Shown here: one piece after another, positions 49,901-61,000 of the stretch
Position numbering within the stretch: position 1 is the first letter of the stretch
Layout of the letters: every line of letters begins with the position of its first letter
Origin: Podarcis bocagei
Taxonomy: Eukaryota
Length of the DNA: 64,000 bases
Assembly: GCA_964188305.1 (NCBI GenBank)
Contig: OZ076886.1
Strand: one strand, 5' to 3'
Notes under the pieces: model-generated
Database searches by the model: none
The model's input: the letters and a program-made list of their open reading frames with translations, nothing else
Told to the model about the DNA's origin: nothing
Made by a program: the position numbers and the translations under genes

Positions 49901-52900
49901 TATATTCACTCTCCCTTAAAATAGGCCTATATTGCCTGCAAGCTGTTCTCTTTCTTGAGAATCATTCAGGTGCTGAGCAGCACTCTATTGCTCTCACTGA
50001 TTTTCTGAAGGCAGGCTGAGAAGCAATGGTGGCTAATTCTCCATTTAGCTAAAATAGGATGGTTGTTTTGTGTAGTTAATGATTAATGATTAAAACAACA
50101 ACAACACCTTGAGTGTTAAAGTAAACTTCAGAGCCACACACTCCTGCAAGATTTTGACTCCCTTTCCATCAAAACATGGTTTTTATCTTTGTGGGAGGGG
50201 AGTCATGAATTTGCATCAGTTCTTGTCTCCTGTGTTACACTGTTCATGTGTGAGCAGTTGTTAAATGAAGTTGCTTTCCAAAGTATCACTGGAATAGATT
50301 CTCAACTTCTGTGGTGGTGTGTCTAATGTGGAACTGGTGTCAAGACTGCCTCCTGTTAAGATTCCTTGGATGTTGTTAGGTGTAAAAAGTTGTGTGCACT
50401 GTAGCTAGCCAAAGTGTGCCTGGGACTCCATGGTATACCCGATCTCTGTGTAAGGATGACCCCCTTGTGAAGCAGACCATGGCAGCTCATGCTTTTCCTC
50501 AACATTAAAAGAACATCCTGTGATTGTGATAAGGCTTTTGTGAAGTACTGGACTTGCTGTGTACATGCTTCTGAAAGCAGGAAAACATATGCACCATTGC
50601 TCTTCATCCCCCACCCTCTGTGTCCAATTCAGAGAAGAGACATCCATGATGAACTGGAGAAAAGTCAGAAGGTTTTCTCAGAGAAACTTAATCACCTGAG
50701 TCGCCGACTTGCTTGGATCAACGTTACCATTTATTCAAAGGTGAGAAGGAAAGTAGTACATATAATATCAGTGAGGTGCCTCACCTAAGCTTGGGCCATA
50801 AATTCCAGTTCTGGCCTGGCCAATGCTGAATAGAGCTGTACCATTTCATTCCAAGTCTTGTATGTTGTACTTCTGTTAATAAATCCTGGTAAAGTTCATT
50901 TTTATTAAAGAAAAATCTTGCGTTTTAGCAGTGAATTCACCTGCATTTTTCCTGCTTTTGCACAAAATTGTTGACCTCCTTTTCTTTTATTTCCTCAGTA
51001 GTATTTACTCTGATCTGGGCCCCCCAATGTTGCTGAACTACAACTTGCCTCATCCCAGATGGTTAGCCATGCTGTCTGAGACTGATGGGCATTGGAGTCC
51101 AACAACATCTGCTGGACCACAGGTTCCCTGCCCCTGCACTTAGGTATATTATTTCATGCCAATTGAGATACAAACTGACTAGGAATTGCTTCTTTTCAGG
51201 AGAAGATGCAAGATATATACTGGCTGCTACGGGTATGCATCCGCACTATTGAGCATGGAGACAGGATTGGTTCGCTCTTTGCTTTTATGCCAGAATTTTA
51301 TCTGAGTGTGGCTATGAATAGCTACAGTGCTCTCAAGAACTACTTCAGTCCTGTCAACAGCATGGAAGAGCTTCCAGGTGAGGAGGAGAAGGAGGGAACC
51401 GGAGAGGGCCTCTGAGCAGGACCATCTGTAATTTTGCGTATAGAATTCAATGCGCAAGAGAAAAGGGATAAGAACTCCACACAGAATATTGCACGCTGCA
51501 CAGAATTTGGGTTGCAGAGAACCTTAGCTTAACGTGCTCTAGTGGTTGTAAATGTGTGTTTTGAAAATGTGCTGGCCGTGTTGTGGGGTAGTATTCAACC
51601 AAGCTTTACTCAGAGTAAACTTATTGAAATTATAGACCTAACTTAGTCAAGTTCATTAATTCAGTAGGTCTACTGTTGAGTAAAAGTTGGGGATACTCTT
51701 GAGTGGTACTCAACTTTCTAATCACATTAGGTGCTGTTTAACTTGCTCACACAATTGTCCTGCCCTCCACACACACAAAACTACAGTCTGGGTCACTGGG
51801 TTTCTCATCTTGATAATGCCTAGTGCAAGCTATAACAAGCATTGTTTGCCGCTGCATCCTGAAGTTGATTAAATGCTATTAAGCCTGACTGCCTAACCTT
51901 AAACCTAATAACTTTTTAGTATTTATACATTATCTGAGTGGTGTTACCCTGAAACACTGCAGCTCCTGGTAATTTTAGTGATCCCCTTTTTGAAGGGTTG
52001 CGGTCATAAAGGACCTTTGTGTACAGTTTTTAGAATTTCATTAGAAGTCATTTAGCAATTTTGCAGGGCAAGAGTAGCAAAATAGCCATTCTCCCAGGAA
52101 GAAGAGTCGGTGGAAGAAGATTGGAAGAAATTTCAAGATTACTTACAGAAATATTGTAAAATTAATGAATGTTAGAATGATGTTGGATAGAAATTAAGTG
52201 GTTTCTAGCTGTAATGCTTTAAGAGAATATGAAACAAAGGTCTATAAATGGGTAAAAGCTTAATGGTAAGGATTTGCTGAACTAATAAATTTAAGTGGAA
52301 TACAAAAAAGGGAGGTAAGAGGAGGTCCGGGGAAATAAGCTTAAGGAAAATAAGAAGCGGAAAATTAATGTGTTTTTAACTGTTTTTATTTTGCATTTTT
52401 CTTTTTCCATTTTTATTGTAATGTGTGAAAAAATCTTAATAAATATCTTATAAAAAAGAAAAGAAAATAGCCATTCTCACTATGCAACTTCATGGCGTAA
52501 TTATGTTAAACAACTGCATCATATTGACTATCAAGAACTGCTCAAGCAAAGCATACAAATCAAGCCTTCCTGCTTACATCGTTTTTTTTGCCTCCTCAAA
52601 TTCCAGTGATTATGCTTGCTTGTTCTTTCTGATTTTGGATTGGGTTGTGTTTTCTGCCCTCAGCCTGCAGTTACGTTGTTTTGGAAATATATGCAAAATA
52701 CATTTCCTCCTTTTTGAAGTACTGTGAAGGGTGAGAAAATACTGTCATTGTGTCAGAGCAGGTGTTGTGCAGTCTGGCCCTGGAGATGTAATTATGAAAA
52801 CTGGTTTGGAAGATCTATTTTGTTATTTCATAGTTATTCCAAACTCCTCCATCTGAAATTCCTCTGCCAAGAGCCCTTTTTGGCTGCAAGTTTTTTTGGA

Positions 52901-55900
52901 AGTGAGGCAGTGTATTTCAGCATACTGCATTTCTCTGTAGATGGTACTCTATGAGAGCCACAATCTCTTTCGTTTTGGGGATGAAACCAGATATGACACC
53001 AGGAGATCTGTGATTGGATTGTCCCCTCCCCCCCCCACCTCAAATGTCGAAAGCTTGTGGTGGAGCTACAGCACTGGGGAATAGGTTTTTAACCCCCATC
53101 CCATCTACAATTTCCCCAATCTTTATTCTTCTGTCTACCCCAAAGCTGCTCCATAACACTGTTCAGTATTCCTATTTTAGCTGCGTTATGAGGGTATTAG
53201 TCCTAATACAAAGGGACTACTGTATATTATTGCTAAGAATTTGCTCAACTGTAGGGAAGTGTCCAGGCTAATTTTATCAGATTCAACAACTGCTACTCCT
53301 GTATTGATTATCTGCATGTCTCAGAAAGCCTATACTAGTTAAAGGGATGAACCCAGCCCACAGCCTGCATGGCTGCTTTCTGACAAGGTGTGTAAAAGAA
53401 CTTCTAAGGACATTCCCACTTACTTCTGATGCTTCTGGTTAAGTGGTAAGGTAAAGTTGGCAACACCAAATGCTGCTGTGCAGACTTCCTGTCATCATTC
53501 TCTTAAACTTTAAGCTGGATTCCTGACTTGCCTGCTAGAGACTCAGACAAGTGGTAGCTCATCCTCCATACTTGGACCGTGTTTTCTCTCTGTAAATCTG
53601 AAAGCTCATTCTAGAAATTCATTCTGCTGCAGCTGCTATATCCTATAGCTGTGGGGTTTTTTCCCCCCCTGCATCCTGATATTCTGAACTTTTTCTTTTC
53701 AGGCTACGAAGAGACTTTGACTCACCTCGCTGCCATTTTAGCCAAGCACTTTGCTGATTCAAGGATTGTGGGAACTGGTAAGGCAGCTCCTGTTTTCCAG
53801 AGGTCATGCTGGGCTGTAGGTGTTATGTGTGTACATGCGTGCGCACATGCATATGTGATTGGGGGAAAGAAAATTAAGCTCATGCTTGCTGATTTTTTAT
53901 TTTCTTTCTACTTGATACTTCTTGAATAGTAAGGGTCTCTGTTTCTAATGTTTTTAACACCTCAGATCATTGCAGAACTCAATTATTATTTTTGGGTTTG
54001 ACATTTGTCTTTATATCCTGTCCTGCTTACTAGTCCTGTAACTGTAGTAAGCTAGGCTTGCCATATTTCACACTGTGAAAATCCAGACAGGAAAGTTGTT
54101 GAGCTTTTCTTTTTCTTTTGCAAAATCACAAAAAAATGCTGTATTTGAGCTATATTTATGGAAAATCAGCAACAATGGCACTACTGACATGGGTTGCCAT
54201 ACGTCTGAATTTTACTGCACATTTTTCCGATTTCCGCCCAGACACTACTGCCCACTGCAGTGTTCTGAATATGTCCAGGAAATCCCAGACGTATGGCAAC
54301 CCTAAGTATGCAATTGCACCACAATATCTGAAGTATTTTTCTGGCAATCTGTGTCCCTATTATCCCTACTCCACTTACATTCTGTCTTGTTTCCATATTC
54401 AGACATCAGAGACTCCCTAATGCAGGCATTGGCCAGCTATGTTTGCTACCCACACTCACTCCGTGCTGTAGAGAGGATTCCAGAACTGCAGTAAGTTCTT
54501 GGTTTCACCATTCCTGAAAAATATTATATGTCCTGGAAGAGGATTATTTCTCTCTTCTTCTCTGAACCAGGCATGACTCCTATACTTACAATCCCTTTTG
54601 TGTGGAAGCTGCTGCTCCCCGTGTTTCCTCACATTGCACTTCTGATTCTTCCCTCTCAAGTAAATTAAACATCTTGCCTTGAATCCTTCCCGAACCCCCA
54701 CTTTTTAACCTTGGTGCTGTTTTCATGGTGGTTGGCTGACTTGTTTGTTTTACTCTGGCAGGCGAATATCTATGATGAAGAACCTGCTGGCCCCCTACGA
54801 GCAAAGACCCTGGGCCCAGACCAACTGGATCCTTGTACGACTGTGGCGAGTAAGAACAGATAACCCTCTGCCTTCACATTTTGTTCAGAATTTCCAGCTT
54901 GTAGTTTTAAAACCAGTGGTTTCCCCTGTGTTTGAACTTTCCCTTAACTTCTTGTTTGAACTTTGTTACCTGCTTCTGGCAAGAGGGTCTCCATGTTCCT
55001 TGTTGGGAGATAATGCGAGGTCTTCTAAGCAGACATTTCTCCCTTCCCCCCCTCTCCTGTAGGGCTGTGGATTTGGATACAGGTACACACGGCTTCCTCA
55101 CCTCCTGAAAACCAAGCCAGAAGATGCCAATCTCCCCAGCTTGCAGAGTGAGTGGGGGATAGGGAGTGGAGATGTGTTGCTTTGCCAATACAGCTTGTGG
55201 GTAAATGCAGTCCTGTAACTGAGCTTATCCTAATCTGGTTAGCTGTTGACTCTGGTACCAGAAGGGCAGGATCCTGTTGTGTGGTGCCCCCACACTGCTG
55301 CTGTCTGTTGGCACAATAATCGGCACCAGTGGATCCTGTCTGTGTAACTGCTGGGACCCAGCATGTCTGGGAGCTAGAGGGCTCCTGATGCCATGTAATA
55401 TAAATAAGTTGTCTCTGTCCCTAACTTAAATGTGTGTGGCAAACTCAGGGTGAAAAGTTTCTTATTAACTTCCTGACCCAGCTCTCTTCTATTTTTGAGT
55501 GCAAAACCTTAAAAAAAAACCCACCTCCATATAATTGTGATCACCCTGGTTGTTTTCACTGGTTCACTAGGTGATGACCAAGAAAGCTCTGGTGTATATT
55601 TATAGGAAACAAAACATTTTAGCAGCATATGGCCAGATCAGGCATCAATTGACAAAGTGTTAAAGCATCCCCAAAGGCACACCAGGTTATAGCTTTAAGG
55701 AGTAAAATTGATTTTTCTAAGGAAATCAAGTTTATCGGCATTGGTGGTACATTGGATCCAGCAGGCACTGCTTCTCTTGCAGCTCTGGGCTGGTCCTCTT
55801 CTGTGAATGTTAGTCCTACTTTGTTCTGAGGCATTTGCCACTCACTTATGGCAGCCATGGTTTAGTAATCAGGCTGGTCTCCCAGTGTTACCACAGTACT

Positions 55901-57672
55901 CAGAATGGCTTTATATCCAGCATGGCAAGGATCTCTGAGAGACTCCAGTTACAAGCTGTAGGGGGAGCTTTGGCTTCTCCTCTGTAGTTACTGATCTAGT
56001 GAAGAGAATGATGGCATCTGTGTTGTTGAGTAGATGGCAAGTTATGAGTTGGTCCTGCACTCTTTCTCTGAGGGAGCATATAATGCTGGGACAGAATGAC
56101 TAACCTCACAGCCCAGCAGAAGGTGGCAATAGTAACACCTGCTTGACCCTTCTAAGAAAATTTGCATCTATAATGTTTCTCTCTTTGTTTTGTTTTGCTT
56201 TTTTCTTTTCTGCTTTTTTGGGGGCCCAGGAGATCTCTCTGTTGCTAGTTTCCAGAGTAAGTTTCCTGTTGTCTTCCCTTTGTATGGTGGTGACATAGTT
56301 TTATAGCCCTCTAGTAGAGCCTTTTCCCCTCCCACCCTTGGTGCACAAGCCAGTCCTTTGGAAATGATGGGGTAGAAAGATAAAGCGGGATGAGTCTGGC
56401 TGGAACAAGTGATGGTCCTAAGAGCCATCCAAATGTTTGTCATGGCGACCTGTCAAATGTGCCTCAGGGTGGGTGGTTAAGTATGCATCTCCCTTTAGTT
56501 TGGAGGGAATATTACGAGTGCACAGCAAATATGTGTAGGTGCTGTTAATGTGCTCTCCATAGCAGTTTCCCCTTGTGGCTGTGGTGTCAACTGTCCTTTT
56601 CCTCTTTATTCTTCTCCATTCCACTTTTTTTTTTTTACACACTTCTCCTTCTGAAAAGATGGACACAACAGGGAACAGAAAGGTGGAGCAGATACAGCTT
56701 CCCTGAAACTGCTAGCTCCAGTTCTGGCCCAGTTCTGCAGGCTAATAAGCTGGCTGTTTTTGCTGAGGCTGTCATGAAACTCCATCCCTGGGGGTGCGGT
56801 CATTGAATGACCTTGGGACACCTATGCAATTGGGTCCACTTTTCTAGGTGTCGGCAAGGTCATCGCTGTCTGCCAGTGATTTCCTCCATGTGGCTCCGAA
56901 AGGTCTAAGACAGGGCACAGGATCCTTTGGCTAGTGATCCTGCTTTCTGCTATTTTGAGGTGTACTTGAATGAATAATTAATACCAAGTTAATTGAAAGG
57001 AGCCTATTTACCAGCTGTCCTTGGGACACTGCCCTAGAGGGGCCGAGTCCACCCCCCTCTCTCAGGTCTTTGTGATGCTGCAGGGAGAGATTGGAGCACA
57101 GACAATGGAAGACATATCAGGTGTGCTCTGGCCATTACCTGGGGTGGAATATCTGAATGTGAAAGTCAGCTCACCTCTCTGCCTGTCCTGTTACAATCCC
57201 TCGCCTTTTGTGCCTGAGTTACTGCTATGCTTGCCTAATGTTGATGGGCAATTTAGGGGCACACCAGTGATTAGTCGTCATCTGCTCTCCAGCCTCAGTT
57301 TATTAAGGGACAACTCATGCTCATTTCCTGTCTAGGGCCCCCTTTAGTAACTTTTGTTACTAAAGCAATGATGGGACTGGCTGGCTCCTAAGAGAGGAGA
57401 ACATGCACGTACATCCTTCTAGCTTAGTCCTCTACTGGCTAGTTTTGCGAGCCTTGAGTTATACGTCCTGCTGTTAAGAGGTTGGCTAGAAGAGCTCTTA
57501 AATCTTATTCTCACAGTTGTGAGCCTTTCAGCTGCATTCTCTTGAAAGCAAGCAGTTTTTAATATGTAACGCTGTACTGTTTTTAACACTGATTGGGAGC
57601 CGCCCAGAGTGGCTGGGGAAACTCAGCCAGATGGGCGGGGTATAAATAATAATAATAATAATAATAATAATA

Positions 57673-57716
<44 letters not shown>

Positions 57717-58059
57717 CTCACATGTGTGTCACTTTGGGACTCTCATTTGGCAGGGATTTCATTTCAGTGCCAAACTGAAGCTTAGATAATCCGACTCTGC
57801 CTGACAGCTTCCTCCTGGTTTACATCTGATCTCTAGCATGTTCCAAAGGAGGGGAAAGTGATGTAAGGTGTGCTCCTGGGGTGGGGTGCCATCAGTGTAT
57901 CTCAGATTTCTTTTTTCACTGCTGCAGTCCTAGTGATGTTCCATTGTGAAAAGTTTTACCTTAGCCCCTGTGTCTAAGGGAAGTGAGGAAACAAATGGCC
58001 CTCCTTTTAGACTCTGATGAGGAGGACTTATTAATGAGAGCTAGCAAAGTTCCTGTAGC

Positions 58060-58096
<37 letters not shown>

Positions 58097-61000
58097 TTAA
58101 AATGCACCTCTGTTTCGGGCTTGCTTTTGGGTTCCATTGGCAGGCTGGAAAAGAGTTGGGTTTAATTCCTCCTCCCCTTTAGATTTCTCGCCCTGATCGG
58201 AAATGGACAAACAAGTGTGAACATGTGCCATGCTGGCAGAGAGGAGTGGGACTGTCTGTCTTGGGTGCTGATTCCCTGCTAGGGAGCTACTGTGATGCTG
58301 CTTTCAGGAGAGATTAGTGCTGAGCTGACCTAGGGCATTGTGGGGATGAGCAGGAGGGATGCTTGGCTTGAGCTCAGCTGCAGGGCACAGCTTCTTACTT
58401 GCAGAGAGACAGCAAATGTGCATGACCACATCCCAGCTAATTCAGACCGGCATTATGGCAAAGAGCTCCGGGCCTTGGAGACGGGACAGGCTCAGAATAG
58501 TCCATGTGTGAGAGCTGGCCTTGGAGGGCAGCTGCCGCCTCTACTTATTGTAAAGAGGGCCTCTGCTGGGAGGAGGCTCCAAGAATTCCTTGTGATTTTT
58601 GAGAGACAAAACCACGCTGAATGCAGTGAAAGGGGCACATACTTAAAAACTTCTAAACTGTTCCCCATTTCCACACGATGGCAGTGAAACAGGCTGGGCT
58701 TGGGCAGCAGCTGCCCAGCACCTTCCAGTAGTGTGGCCTCTTAAGAAGCCGCTATTGTTTCATTCCAGAGCCTTGTCCCTCCACCCTGCTGCAGCGACAC
58801 ATGGCGGACCTGCTGCGGAGTGACCGTGAAATGGCACCCAGTTTCCTCAACAGTGTGCTTAACCAGCTGAACTGGGCCTTCTCAGAGTTCATTGGCATGA
58901 TTCAGGAGGTGAGAGTTTTGGATCCGGAATAAATCTGATTGAAGGAGTAAGCCTCTGCCTGTCATCCTGGAGGATAAAAACAAAAGTCCTTTCCTTACTA
59001 GGTGTCAGTAGCAGTTTGCAGCACAGTTCTTGTGGGATGCTGGGATTGAGCTGACTTGTGCATGAACTGGAAAAGGGGGAGAGTTAGGGGCAGGTGTGAA
59101 GAGAACAGCTGCTCCCCCTTCCAGTTCTTACATTAAGCTGCATCTGTTTTGCTTGGGCAGATCCAGCAAGCTGCAGAGCGCCTGGAAAGAAACTTTGTAG
59201 ACAGTCGCCAGTTGAAGGTGTGTGCAACGTGCTTTGACCTGTCAGTGAGCCTGCTCAGGGTCTTGGAAATGACAGTCACACTGGCTCCTGAGATCTTCCT
59301 GGACTGGAGTCGCCCCTCATCAGAGCTATTACTCAGGAGACTTGCACAGGTACTCACTTTTCCTCAGGAAAACATTAGGTTGGGTACATGGCAAGGGGCA
59401 AAGGCTTTTAGCTGAGGATGTGGGTGCTGTCATTTGGCATAGTCACAGTTTCCGGTGTGAACTATATTATTCTAAAAGAATGTGTCACCAAGTTTAGGAG
59501 CTAACTTATACAAACTGCAGGCTGGCTCTCCCCTCCCCTCCCACACTACTGTCTTACTCCGTTAGTGATTATTGAGAGATTGTGTGTATGCATGTCTGCA
59601 GCAAGATAAAGGTCTCCAGTTCACTGCCCTTTTTCTTCTTTGGTAATTTCTTCCTGGAAAAGAACTCCAGAGTAAAGACGGCCATACATTTCAAGAAGTG
59701 GAAGGATAAGCCAATCTGTACCCCTTCCCGATGATATTCCTAAGAATCTCTTTCTCTGGGCTTCAGCCCTTGCTTCCTTTTTCAAATGCCTTAATGCCCC
59801 CTACGGTTTACTTAAAGCTTTTAAAGCATGATGTATCAGTAAATCGTATTTTCTGTCAAGCATCAATTCATACTCGCATGTTTTCATTATCCATGCATCA
59901 GACCCATCCAGTACAGACAGAATAATTCATTCATTCATTTATTTCAATGTTTTCATATCCCTCCACCTGTTTGCTCCAGATTGGAGCACAAGGTGGCTGT
60001 CAGCACAGCTTACAATGTAATATAATATAAAACAGAACAAAATTGTAAGTTCATTAAGGAAAAATAGCAACACAAAGCTGAAACACCAACCATCATCAAC
60101 AATATCAGATTCCAAAGGCCCAGACAGGTAGCCTTGCATGTTCCATTTCCATTGTCCATGGTCAACCTGGCCACCAAATGACCAGACAGTTGATCAGCAG
60201 ATGTCCTGGCAAGATTACATGGCCACTTGAGTGAAGATGCTAAATCTTACAGCCATTAGCCATTAGGTAACAATGGAGAACATGAAACTTACAGATGTAG
60301 ACACTGATGCTTAAAGATGGGGAGGGCAAGGTGTGCGTGTCACTTGGGACTTTCTTGCATGGGTCACTGTAGCAGATCCATCCGGAAACTAGTTTGAGTT
60401 GTCATGTGATGACTGGCCATGTAAAGAGGCTTGCGATACACCAGAACCACCTATAAGCAGTTACATGCAGATGAAGTGACCAAACCACTCATATTTGTTC
60501 TGAGCACATCTGTTCGCACAACCTACTACAGTGCAGTGTTTGAAAATAGGTTGACCAAAAATGTCAGGTTTTAATTTTGAAACTACCTCTTTGAAAGGCT
60601 TTTATGAATTGTTTCTTCAGTGCAGTTTTCCCTGGAGGGGAAAACAATGTGCTAAATGTTCTTTGGGTGCCACTTTCAGAATTCTGTCACATTCTAGTTG
60701 AAGCATCAGCTTGCTCTCTGGAATGATGACTCACTTCTGGCTATTTCCTCATTTTGCTCAACTTCTTTAAATCAAATATCACTGCACAACCTTGCATGTA
60801 CCTTTGTGCTAAGGTTCCACTGTATGCATGTGGAAATTTGCCTTATTAGAAAGAGACCCCATCCATCCATGGAATTAAGAGCTGTTTTGCCTTCTAAGAG
60901 TTTTTTCATTGAAAGTGTCCACAGCCTGAGATGTGAGCTGATGCAACCCGAGCCACATTTTCAGTCTGTTATTGCTGAAGGCTCAGGTCTGTTGTCATTC

